Positions 30,937-38,888 of a stretch of 47,136 bases of DNA are shown here, piece by piece (within the stretch, counting starts at the first letter, position 1; each line of letters begins with the position of its first letter). This DNA comes from a virus. The translations under genes were made by a program, and so were the position numbers. Under the pieces are notes generated by a model, which was not told the origin of the DNA, made no database searches, and saw only the letters and a program-made list of their open reading frames with translations. The stretch is taken from positions 1-47,136 of the IMG/VR virus record IMGVR_UViG_3300029108_000006. One strand, written 5' to 3'.

Positions 30937-31776
30937 ATGAGCTTCAAGGTTTCCGCACTGGCATGGATGGTTCCGGTTGAGAAGTCAACCGAACGTCTTG
31001 TGCTCCTCGCTCTTGCCGACCGGGCCGATGACGAAGGCAAGAACTGCTATCCGTCCGTCGAGACCATTTGCGGCATGACGCAGATGAATCGAAAGACGGT
31101 ATTTGCTGTCATTTCGAGACTTGCGGAACGTGGCGTTTTGTCAGTACGCAAGCGAGAGGTGCACAACTCGAATGAGTACCTTCTGCACATAGAGGATTGG
31201 CCCAAAAACGGAAGTACCGAAAACGGTACGACCCAAAAACGGGACAACCCAAAAACGGTACGCCAGTTGTCCCGAAAACGGTACGTAAGTTGTCCCGAAA
31301 ACGGTACGACAGTAGTACCGAAAACGGGACACGAACCTATCAATGAACCTATCAATAACCAATCAATAACCAGTAGAGAAGACGCGCCGCCAAAAGCCAG
31401 AGCCAAGAAAGGCGAGGCCTGGAAAAAGTGGATCAAGGTCGAAAAGCCGGCTGAAGTTCCTGATGACCTCTGGAAGCAATTCGGAGAGATTCGCGCTCTG
31501 AAGAAGATGGCATTGACCGAAAGAGCGTTTGATCTTCTTCGATCCGAAGGAGAAAAGGCTCACATGACGCTGCTTCAGGTCGTTGAAACGTGTTGCGGCA
31601 ATGGTTGGGCAGGCTTCAAGGCCTCCTGGTTGGCGAGGACGAGCGGTAGCACCTACCGAAAGCCTCAGAACGTCACCCAGACGGCTGAATACCGAGAGCG
31701 ACTTCAGGCCTGCTGCCGAGGTGAAGGCAGAACCGAAAAACTCGCCGACGACGGCGTAACGATCATCGTGGATTGA
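30937..31776 (+). CDS. Replication initiator (winged-HTH N-terminus, O-like), 279 aa, with the origin embedded
   Basis: The N-terminus ERLVLLALADRADDEGKNCYPSVETICGMTQMNRKTVFAVISRLAERGVL is the HTH of phage/plasmid initiators. An iteron array lies inside the gene, and a helicase loader follows. Confidence 0.7.
   Translation: MSFKVSALAWMVPVEKSTERLVLLALADRADDEGKNCYPSVETICGMTQMNRKTVFAVISRLAERGVLSVRKREVHNSNEYLLHIEDWPKNGSTENGTTQKRDNPKTVRQLSRKRYVSCPENGTTVVPKTGHEPINEPINNQSITSREDAPPKARAKKGEAWKKWIKVEKPAEVPDDLWKQFGEIRALKKMALTERAFDLLRSEGEKAHMTLLQVVETCCGNGWAGFKASWLARTSGSTYRKPQNVTQTAEYRERLQACCRGEGRTEKLADDGVTIIVD
31201..31371. repeat. Iteron array plus AT-rich tandem repeats (probable ori)
   Basis: Seven copies of CCRAAAACGG(K)AC between 31201 and 31331, including a perfect 21-nt direct repeat (31265-31285 and 31288-31308). 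These are followed by GAACCTATCAAT x2 and AACCAATCAATAACC (31333-31371). Confidence 0.7.
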
Positions 31777-31787
31777 GGGGAAACAAC

Positions 31788-32600
31788 ATGAAAAAAGCAG
31801 AAGGCTTGGTCGGCCTGTTGGGCTTTGCCGAGGGTGAAGAGGAGCGGGAATGCCCCGAGCACGGGCGATATATCTCTCACCTTACCTACCTGAAGGGAGA
31901 GCTCAAGAACGCGAGCGGATGTCCGAAGTGCCGAGCGATCCAGTTGCAAAAGCAGCGGGAAGCTGAAGAGCGCGAGCGCAGGGAACGCGAAGAGCTTGAA
32001 AAGCGCCGCGCGTATGAGCAGACGCTGGACCGAACGGCCATCCCGACCAAGTACCGATCCAGAACGCTTGCATCCTTCAGAACCGATGGGAACGACCAGA
32101 AAGCGAAGGTGCTCAAGATCGCCGAGTCCTACATCACAAAGTTCGACGCGCTTCGCCAGTCCGGCATAGGGATGGTTTTCATCGGCGAATGCGGGACCGG
32201 CAAGACCCATCTGGCGTGTGCGGTGCTTCAGGAACTCTTGAGCAAGTGTGCCGGCATCTACACGACGGCGCATGAGATGGGGCAGACGGTTGCTGACTCC
32301 TGGGGATGCCGAGAGCCGGGAAAGACGACCGCAGACGTGAAAAGAGCCTACAAAACCTGTCCGCTGCTTGTCGTCGATGAGGTCGCAAAGGAAGACGCGA
32401 AGCCGATCACAAAGGAAGTTCTCTCAGAGGTCTTGTACGCCCGCTACGACACTCAGCTTCCGACCATCTGGATCACCAACGCCGATCCGGCGCTGCTGAA
32501 GACCGCGATAGGAGAGCAGGAGTACGACCGGCTCAAAGAAACATGCAAGTTCATCCGGTTCTCGTGGCCGAGTATGCGGAAGAACGACATCGATTTTTAA
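31788..32600 (+). CDS. DnaC/IstB-like AAA+ helicase loader, 270 aa
   Basis: Walker A GECGTGKTHLA and Walker B LLVVDEV. The N-terminus has a CPEHG...CPKC zinc ribbon. ATG at 31788 follows GAGGGG. Confidence 0.8.
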   Translation: MKKAEGLVGLLGFAEGEEERECPEHGRYISHLTYLKGELKNASGCPKCRAIQLQKQREAEERERREREELEKRRAYEQTLDRTAIPTKYRSRTLASFRTDGNDQKAKVLKIAESYITKFDALRQSGIGMVFIGECGTGKTHLACAVLQELLSKCAGIYTTAHEMGQTVADSWGCREPGKTTADVKRAYKTCPLLVVDEVAKEDAKPITKEVLSEVLYARYDTQLPTIWITNADPALLKTAIGEQEYDRLKETCKFIRFSWPSMRKNDIDF

Positions 32601-32613
32601 CAAAGGAGGAGTC

Positions 32614-32787
32614 ATGAAAGAAAGTGACGAATATCGCCTCGGACGATCTGCCGCATTGCGTGGTGAGTCGATGGCGAAATACCAGAGCCTCACGGCTCGA
32701 ATGAATCCCAAAAAGAGAGCAGCCTTCGTGCAGGGCTACTTCGATGGGCAGAAACAAAAGGAATTCACATCAAAGAAATCAAAGTGA
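32614..32787 (+). CDS. Hypothetical basic 57-aa protein (below the ORF-track cutoff)
   Basis: A strong RBS (AAAGGAGGA) lies 4 nt before the ATG. Hand translation: MKESDEYRLGRSAALRGESMAKYQSLTARMNPKKRAAFVQGYFDGQKQKEFTSKKSK. Confidence 0.45.
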   Translation: MKESDEYRLGRSAALRGESMAKYQSLTARMNPKKRAAFVQGYFDGQKQKEFTSKKSK

Positions 32788-33002
32788 GCTGGCAACTTGA
32801 GACGGCCTCCGGGGAACCCGTGACGGTCTATCTCTGCCAAAGAACTGGAGAAGGTTTCTCCAGCCCACTCTTTCGACCAAACGGCGAGATGTTCGTCGGG
32901 ATCGAGACCGACTCCGGCTTCTGGGTGGCTGAGGCGCCCGTGGACGACACCGAAGTCGAGGAACTCAAAGAGATGGCCGTCCGTCAGCTCTGCGAAACAT
33001 GA
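32784..33002 (+). CDS. Hypothetical protein, 72 aa
   Basis: Its GTG start overlaps the upstream stop (GTGA). Operon context. Confidence 0.45.
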   Translation: MSWQLETASGEPVTVYLCQRTGEGFSSPLFRPNGEMFVGIETDSGFWVAEAPVDDTEVEELKEMAVRQLCET

Positions 33003-33011
33003 ACAAAAGGA

Positions 33012-33437
33012 ATGACAGCAATGAATTTCACAATCGAAGGACTCCCCAAGGGGAAAGGGAGGCCGCGCTTCACTCGCAGCGGCCACACGTACACGCCGGA
33101 CACGACGCGAAAGTATGAAGCGCTCGTGACGGCCAGGGCAAAGGAGGCAATGATCGGCAAGAGAAAGATCGAAAAGCCGAACGCGGTCCGGGTAGACATC
33201 CTCGCCATCTTCCCTGTGCCCTCGTCATGGTCTAAGAAACGCCGCACAGCGGCTCTGCAAGGTGTCGAGCATCACGTCTCAAAGCCGGACCTTGACAACG
33301 TGCAGAAGGCGATTCTTGACGGCATGAACGGGATCGTTTTTGAGGACGACTCGCAGGTGATCGACAGCCGGACCAGAAAGGCGTACGGACCCGAGCCTGG
33401 TGTAAAAGTTTTTATTGACGAGGTGAAGCATGGATGA
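33012..33437 (+). CDS. rusA: RusA Holliday-junction resolvase, 141 aa
   Basis: LPKGKGRPRFTRSGHTYTP...KPDLDNVQKAILDGMNGIVFEDDSQV is the RusA signature. Confidence 0.85.
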   Translation: MTAMNFTIEGLPKGKGRPRFTRSGHTYTPDTTRKYEALVTARAKEAMIGKRKIEKPNAVRVDILAIFPVPSSWSKKRRTAALQGVEHHVSKPDLDNVQKAILDGMNGIVFEDDSQVIDSRTRKAYGPEPGVKVFIDEVKHG

Positions 33438-33651
33438 CGCAGACCGAGCCGCCAGAAGCGATGAATGGATCATGCGCGCGGCAATTGAGGAGAGAAAGCC
33501 CGAGGGACCGAGTCCGGTTCTCGTGAGCCTGTGTTTGAACTGCGGAAAGGTCATTGAGAGAGTGCCCGCATCCGCGAATGGAGTGAAAAACGTTCGACGC
33601 TGGTGTTGTGCCGCTTGTCGTGACGAATGGGAAGAGGAACATGAACGCTGA
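33430..33651 (+). CDS. Small Cys4 zinc-ribbon protein, 73 aa
   Basis: CLNCG...CCAAC motif pair. It overlaps both neighbouring genes. Confidence 0.5.
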   Translation: MDDADRAARSDEWIMRAAIEERKPEGPSPVLVSLCLNCGKVIERVPASANGVKNVRRWCCAACRDEWEEEHER

Positions 33652-34063
33652 AGAAAAGATTCTCGAAGACCGTCTGCTCAACTGGGGGCGATGGAACCAA
33701 GACCCGAAACGACAGGGACGCTCTCCGCTGTGTGCATTTATGGAAGCCGTTCCGGATGATGAGAAAGACAATGACGTGCCGGTCGAACGGCATGACGGAC
33801 CGCCGCCGGTGGATGTCAGCGATGCCCTGCTTGTGCAAAGGGCGTGGGAACGACTCCCGGTTGCACCAGAGCGCTACAGAAAGGCGAAGATGGTTGTCGG
33901 TGTTGCATACGCCTTCAACGTGCCTTTCATGGACCTGAAGCGCATCCTGAGGAAGTATCACCGCATCAATCTCCATGAGCGGGAGTTTGATGGCCTGGTG
34001 GAGATGGGTAGGAAGATGATTCGAAACAATCTTCTCAAAATCGAAGGCATGCCACCAAAATGA
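33641..34063 (+). CDS. Putative late-gene regulator (Q-like antiterminator or sigma region-4-like), 140 aa
   Basis: It is the last gene of the right operon and is followed by 340 bp containing terminators, ahead of the late genes. The motif LLNWGRW and a C-terminal HTH-like segment are present. The family call is tentative. Confidence 0.4.
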   Translation: MNAEEKILEDRLLNWGRWNQDPKRQGRSPLCAFMEAVPDDEKDNDVPVERHDGPPPVDVSDALLVQRAWERLPVAPERYRKAKMVVGVAYAFNVPFMDLKRILRKYHRINLHEREFDGLVEMGRKMIRNNLLKIEGMPPK

Positions 34064-34106
34064 GTTATACTCAGCAGTAACAATTTGAAGCTGTGTGATC
34101 AGCGGG

Positions 34107-34143
34107 GCCGTTTTCGGGGATAAGTGTATCTTCTGAAAACGGC
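34107..34143 (+). other. Stem-loop in the late leader (9-bp stem, 19-nt loop)
   Basis: GCCGTTTTC...GAAAACGGC. Confidence 0.3.
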
Positions 34144-34227
34144 ATGCCTTTTTGCGTAGGTGGGGTTTGACCCCAAAAGATTGAGCCTGTATTTCAGAAC
34201 TGGCTCGCTTGAGTCAAGATGTAATTG

Positions 34228-34258
34228 AGCCCGTGGTGATGAACTGCGGGCTTTTTTT
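34228..34258 (+). terminator. Rho-independent terminator in the late leader (tR'-like)
   Basis: agcccg-13 nt-cgggct followed by ttttttt. Confidence 0.6.
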
Positions 34259-34406
34259 CGTTTACAACACCGCGCAAGCCTAGCCTGGGACGGATTGTCC
34301 CCTGGAAGCTCACTCCGCGCGGTTTCCTTTTCGCTACCTTAGGGCAGTTTGCTCCGAGGTCGGGGCGGGGAGAAATCCTCGCCCTCTCTAATTCCTTGGG
34401 TTACCT

Positions 34407-34745
34407 ATGAAGAAAGCTATTGTGGCGGCCATTGCGGTCGCCTTTTTCGTTTCTACAGCTGCGGAAGCACGAGGTGGTCGTGGGTTCAGCGGCGGTCGTT
34501 CGTTCTCCCGTCCTGCTCCTACGAAGAGCTATGCACCGAAGCGCACGACCGTTGTGAAGAAGAACACGACCGTCATCAACCAGACGGTGAATCAGGTGCC
34601 GGCATCTTCCAACAGTGGCTTCTGGTCTACTGTTGCTGGATCGTTCGCGGGATCGATGGCAGGCAATGCTGTCTACGATGCTGTGACTGATGACGAGGGC
34701 CAGGCGCCTGTGCAGGCTCAACCTCAGCCTCAGCTCTCTCAGTGA
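34407..34745 (+). CDS. Secreted glycine-zipper protein, 112 aa
   Basis: Signal peptide MKKAIVAAIAVAFFVSTAAEA, an RGG-rich segment, GFWSTVAGSFAGSMAGNAV (GxxxG repeats), and a Q/P-rich tail. The RBS is weak. Confidence 0.55.
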   Translation: MKKAIVAAIAVAFFVSTAAEARGGRGFSGGRSFSRPAPTKSYAPKRTTVVKKNTTVINQTVNQVPASSNSGFWSTVAGSFAGSMAGNAVYDAVTDDEGQAPVQAQPQPQLSQ

Positions 34746-34852
34746 TGGGGCGTCGAATGAGCGACGGAGAGAGCTTGGGTCCTCCCGGGGCTTTTTGACT
34801 CATGCGGGTCGGACGAACCCCGAAAACGGTCTAGATGCAATTTTCAAAAGGG

Positions 34853-34915
34853 TGTTCATGAACATTTCACTTTACGCTTTCCGTGAACGGTTTACGCCTG
34901 CCGGTGCCTGCCGGT
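34853..34915. promoter_or_regulatory. Candidate terminase-recognition (cos-proximal) elements
   Basis: A perfect 12-bp palindrome TGTTCATGAACA (34853-34864) and a tandem GCCTGCCGGT x2 (34896-34915), about 60-120 bp upstream of a Nu1-like small terminase gene. Confidence 0.3.
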
Positions 34916-34976
34916 ATTGAAGCGAGAGCGCGAACGCGTGAAGATGGAATCAACAAACAAATAACGAGGTGTTGGC

Positions 34977-35519
34977 ATGGCGAACGGCGTCAGCATGCGA
35001 GAGTTTGCACGCCAAGTCGGACGTAGTGCCGCATACGTTAGCGGGAAATGCAAGACTGGCGAGCTGCCTCTTGTCGACGGAAAGATTCCGTTAGAAGAAG
35101 GCCTGAAAGCCTTCAAGGCTCTGGTCAAGTCTGAAGAAAAGAAAAAGGCGAGCCGCCGCACGTCCAGAAGGACGGCGGAAGTGTTCACGGGCGATGACGA
35201 AGACGACAAGCAAATATCGTCTGCGCTGAATGTTAACGAGGCGTTCAACAAGGCCCGGCTCGCAAAAGAGGTCGCGACCGCAAAGATCAAAGACCTCGAG
35301 TACAAAAAGCTCAAGGGTGAATACGTTGCAGTTGCTGAGGTTGAGGCGGACGCGAGGGAGGCAGCAGCGATGCTCCGAAACTTCGCGATCTCCGCCCCGA
35401 CTCGTTATTCAGCGCTGCTTGAAAACAGAACGCAGCGCGAAGCTGAGGAAGTCCTTGAGGACATCTTCCGCGCCCTTCTGAAAACGATCAACGACTCGCA
35501 CTTTGCAAAGGGGGGATGA
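34977..35519 (+). CDS. Terminase small subunit (Nu1-like, N-terminal wHTH), 180 aa
   Basis: Its position is directly upstream of a gpA-type large terminase. The N-terminus VSMREFARQVGRSAAYVSGKCKTGELP is an HTH. Confidence 0.7.
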   Translation: MANGVSMREFARQVGRSAAYVSGKCKTGELPLVDGKIPLEEGLKAFKALVKSEEKKKASRRTSRRTAEVFTGDDEDDKQISSALNVNEAFNKARLAKEVATAKIKDLEYKKLKGEYVAVAEVEADAREAAAMLRNFAISAPTRYSALLENRTQREAEEVLEDIFRALLKTINDSHFAKGG

Positions 35520-35520
35520 G

Positions 35521-37371
35521 ATGGGCATTTGGTCCAAGGTGTGGGCGCAAGCCTGTCGTCCGATCTCTCGTTTGACTGGGAGCCAGTGGGCCGACAGGTT
35601 TCGCGTCGTCGCTTCCGGTACGTCTCCTGAAGCGGGCATGTGGCGAACGAGCAGAACGCCCTACCTGCAGGAGCCTATGGACTCTGCGACGGACAGGCGC
35701 ACGGAAATCGTCGTCATGTGTTGCTCTTCACAGCTCGGCAAGTCGGAAATGCTCCTGAACATCATGGGCTACTACGCCGACCAGGAGCCGGCTCCTCAGC
35801 TCATGCTCCAGCCGACCGTCGAAATGGCGGAGGCTTTCTCAAAGGAGCGCATCGAGCCCATGTTCCAAAACTCCCCGGGCCTGCAAGGCAAGCTCGAAGA
35901 GGGAAAGGACGGTCGCGGCTCTGCGAAAAAGTCAAGCACGACGATTCGCATGAAGCATTTCCCGGGAGGCTACCTTGCTCTTGTCGGCGCGAACTCACCG
36001 GCAGGTCTTGCGTCTCGTCCGATCCGTGTTCTTCTTTGTGACGAAGTTGACCGATACGGAGTGACGAAGGAAGGCGATCCTCTGAAGCTTGCTATTCAAC
36101 GAACGCAGAACTTCGGGAACAGAAAGATCATTCTTGTCAGCACGCCGACGATCAAAGGCGCGTCGAAGATCGACGACTGGTACGAACGCAGTGATCAACG
36201 TCGCTTTTTTGTCAAGTGCCCTCATTGTGGTGAGGAACACGTCCTTCAATGGGCGAACGTCACTTGGCAGAAAGATGATGAAGGGAACGCGTTGCCGATG
36301 ACGGCAAGTATGCATTGTCCGGAGTGCGGCTGCATAACGAGAGGCGCGTACAAGCCCGACCCGAAGCTGCTGCAGAGCGGACGTTGGATTGCAACGAACC
36401 TGGGCAGCAAGATCAAGGGCTATCACGTCAACGCGCTCTATTCGCCTTGGGTCAATTTGCACGACCTGGTGGAGGAGTTCGTTTCCGTGAACCACAACCG
36501 CGACAAACACGGTTTGATGGAATTTGTGAACCTGAAGCTCGGTGAGGCATGGGAAGAAATCAACCCAGATGCCGACAACTGGGAGCAGTTGTACAACCGG
36601 CGCGAAAGCTATCCGGCAAACGGCGTCCTCCCGGAAGGCGTCTTGCTTCTGACAGCCGGCATCGACGTTCAGCATGACCGACTGGAATGCACGGTCTACG
36701 GATGGGGCGTTGGTCGAGAGTGTTGGGGCATTGAGCACCGAGTGCTTTATGGCCGTCCGGATGATCCGCGAACTTGGCAGCAGCTCGATGCGGTCCTACA
36801 GCGTCAGCATTCGATGCCGAACGGCGTCAACGTTGCAGTTGCTTGTGCCTGCGTCGACTCTGGTGACGGTACCTACACAACGAATGTCTATCAATACACA
36901 AAGGCTCGCGAGCGGATGCGCGTCTTCTCTGTGAAGGGGCGCGGCGGCATCGGTGTTCCGTTCATCAACACGCCGACGAAGAGCAACGCGATGAAGGCAA
37001 CGCTCTTCACGCTTGGCGTTGATAGCGGTAAGTCGCTCATCATGAATCGGCTTTCAGTGCAGGAGCCAGGTCCAAACTTCGCCCATTACGCGGCTCAGGA
37101 AGATCGAGGCTTCTCTGAAAACTTTTTCAAGCAACTCACAGCAGAGGTGCTTGACAAACACTTCGAAAAAGGCGTCGTAAAGATGGCGTGGAAGAAAATC
37201 CGCGAACGAAACGAAGCCCTGGACTGCGCGGTCTACGCGACTGCCGCACTCGAATTGCTGAACCCGAACTTCGAGTTCCTCGCCGACTTCTATCAGAATG
37301 GTGGGGCACTCAGACAGCAGACTGCTCCCCGCAAGCCGCGAGGGACGCTGTCGAAGGGAATAACCGTGTAA
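35521..37371 (+). CDS. Terminase large subunit (lambda gpA family), 616 aa
   Basis: WADRFRVV...G.WRTSRTPYLQEPMD...SSQLGKSE (Walker A-like) plus a CPHCG...CPECG zinc motif, as in gpA-type terminases. Confidence 0.9.
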   Translation: MGIWSKVWAQACRPISRLTGSQWADRFRVVASGTSPEAGMWRTSRTPYLQEPMDSATDRRTEIVVMCCSSQLGKSEMLLNIMGYYADQEPAPQLMLQPTVEMAEAFSKERIEPMFQNSPGLQGKLEEGKDGRGSAKKSSTTIRMKHFPGGYLALVGANSPAGLASRPIRVLLCDEVDRYGVTKEGDPLKLAIQRTQNFGNRKIILVSTPTIKGASKIDDWYERSDQRRFFVKCPHCGEEHVLQWANVTWQKDDEGNALPMTASMHCPECGCITRGAYKPDPKLLQSGRWIATNLGSKIKGYHVNALYSPWVNLHDLVEEFVSVNHNRDKHGLMEFVNLKLGEAWEEINPDADNWEQLYNRRESYPANGVLPEGVLLLTAGIDVQHDRLECTVYGWGVGRECWGIEHRVLYGRPDDPRTWQQLDAVLQRQHSMPNGVNVAVACACVDSGDGTYTTNVYQYTKARERMRVFSVKGRGGIGVPFINTPTKSNAMKATLFTLGVDSGKSLIMNRLSVQEPGPNFAHYAAQEDRGFSENFFKQLTAEVLDKHFEKGVVKMAWKKIRERNEALDCAVYATAALELLNPNFEFLADFYQNGGALRQQTAPRKPRGTLSKGITV

Positions 37372-37386
37372 GGAGTTGCAAGTCTA

Positions 37387-38625
37387 GTGCGACAAGAGAA
37401 AACGAAGATCGAATACATCAACGTTGACGATCTGAAAGCGTACGAGCGAAATGCTCGAACGCACAGCGACGAGCAGGTACAGCAAGTCGCAGAATCGATC
37501 AAAGAGTTCGGGTTCACAAATCCCGTTTTGATCGACGAAAACAATGAGCTCATTGCAGGCCACGGTCGATCAATGGCCGCGAAGTCGATCGGCATGAAGG
37601 AAGTGCCGGCGATCCGCCTGAAGGGGCTCACCAACGCGCAGAAGAAAGCGCTGCGCATCGCCGACAACCAGTTGGCACTCAACGCCGGATGGGATGAGGA
37701 GCTTCTCCGCATCGAGCTCGGCGAACTTCAGGAACTTGATTTCAACCTCGACGTCATGGGCTTCTCTGACGAGGAGCTCGACCTTCTTCTTGATGGGACC
37801 GGCTCGATTGATGACGACGAGGAGCACGGGCAAGATGCTGAGGAAATCGCGGAACCGTCAGAAGACCCGGTTGTCAAGCCAGGCGAACTATGGCTCTTGG
37901 GCGACCATCAGCTGTTATGCGGAGACTCGACGCGCATCGACGATCTTGTTCGCTTGTGCGAAGAAGGCAGCGTCGATCTGTATCTGACCGACCCGCCTTA
38001 CAACGTGGCCTACGAAGGCGCGACGAAAGACAAGCTGACGATTCAGAACGACAACATGTCTGACGAGAACTTCCGAAAGTTCTTGGTGGACGCTTTCTCT
38101 ACTGCCGACTTCGCCATGAAGCCGGGTGCAGCGTTCTACATCTGGCACGCGGACTCTGAAGGCTACAACTTCCGAGGTGCGTGCCGAGACAACGCATGGA
38201 AGGTGCGCCAGTGCCTCGTATGGAACAAGAACTCACTCGTTCTTGGGCGCTCTGACTACCAGTGGAAGCACGAGCCGTGCTTGTACGGCTGGAAGGATGG
38301 CGCAGGGCATGCGTGGTATTCGGACCGCAAACAAACGACGGTCCTTGAATTCAACAAGCCGTTGCGTAATGGCGAGCATCCGACGATGAAGCCGGTTGAT
38401 TTGTTTGAGTACCAGATTGGCAACTCAACGAAGAAAGGCGACGTCGTGCTCGACAGCTTTGCCGGCTCAGGAACGACCGTCATTGCCTGCGAAAACACGG
38501 GGCGCAAAGCCAGAGCGATGGAGCTCGATCCGCGTTACTGCGACGTCATCATCAAGCGTTGGCAGGACTTGACGGGAGAGGACGCGGTTCGTGAAGACGG
38601 CGTGACTTTCAACAACTGCAAGTAA
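37387..38625 (+). CDS. ParB-like nuclease domain fused to an N6/N4 DNA methyltransferase, 412 aa
   Basis: The N-terminus ...FGFTNPVLIDENNELIAGHGR is the ParB/Srx fold. Motif IV DPPYNV and motif I FAGSGTT occur in beta-class order. Confidence 0.85.
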   Translation: MRQEKTKIEYINVDDLKAYERNARTHSDEQVQQVAESIKEFGFTNPVLIDENNELIAGHGRSMAAKSIGMKEVPAIRLKGLTNAQKKALRIADNQLALNAGWDEELLRIELGELQELDFNLDVMGFSDEELDLLLDGTGSIDDDEEHGQDAEEIAEPSEDPVVKPGELWLLGDHQLLCGDSTRIDDLVRLCEEGSVDLYLTDPPYNVAYEGATKDKLTIQNDNMSDENFRKFLVDAFSTADFAMKPGAAFYIWHADSEGYNFRGACRDNAWKVRQCLVWNKNSLVLGRSDYQWKHEPCLYGWKDGAGHAWYSDRKQTTVLEFNKPLRNGEHPTMKPVDLFEYQIGNSTKKGDVVLDSFAGSGTTVIACENTGRKARAMELDPRYCDVIIKRWQDLTGEDAVREDGVTFNNCK

Positions 38626-38648
38626 TCACAAACAAAGGAGGCATCGGA

Positions 38649-38876
38649 ATGTCTTGGATCACCATAGACGAGGCCCGCGCGAATCTGAAGATGTGGCTCG
38701 ATGCCGAACGCGCGGTTGCCTCTGGCCAGTCGTACAAGATCGGAACCCGCAGTCTGACGAGGGCCTCGCTCTCAGACATTGCGGCTCGCATCAAGTACTG
38801 GCGAAACGAAATCGACAAGCTCGAAAACGGCCGCAAGGGGGCGCGTGTGATGCGTGCCGTCCCTCGCGATCTGTAA
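38649..38876 (+). CDS. Head-tail joining protein (lambda gpW family), 75 aa
   Basis: Its size and its position immediately upstream of a lambda-type portal. The pattern ...ARANLKMWLDAERAVASGQSYKIGTRSLTRASL..I...I.YW is gpW-like. Confidence 0.7.
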   Translation: MSWITIDEARANLKMWLDAERAVASGQSYKIGTRSLTRASLSDIAARIKYWRNEIDKLENGRKGARVMRAVPRDL

Positions 38877-38888
38877 GGAGGCTTGCAA

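Noticed and set aside
31201-31371. Repeat array considered as a CRISPR array
   Set aside because: The repeats are 13-21 nt with 2-10-nt gaps, lie inside a coding region and match an iteron layout. No cas genes or unique spacers are present.
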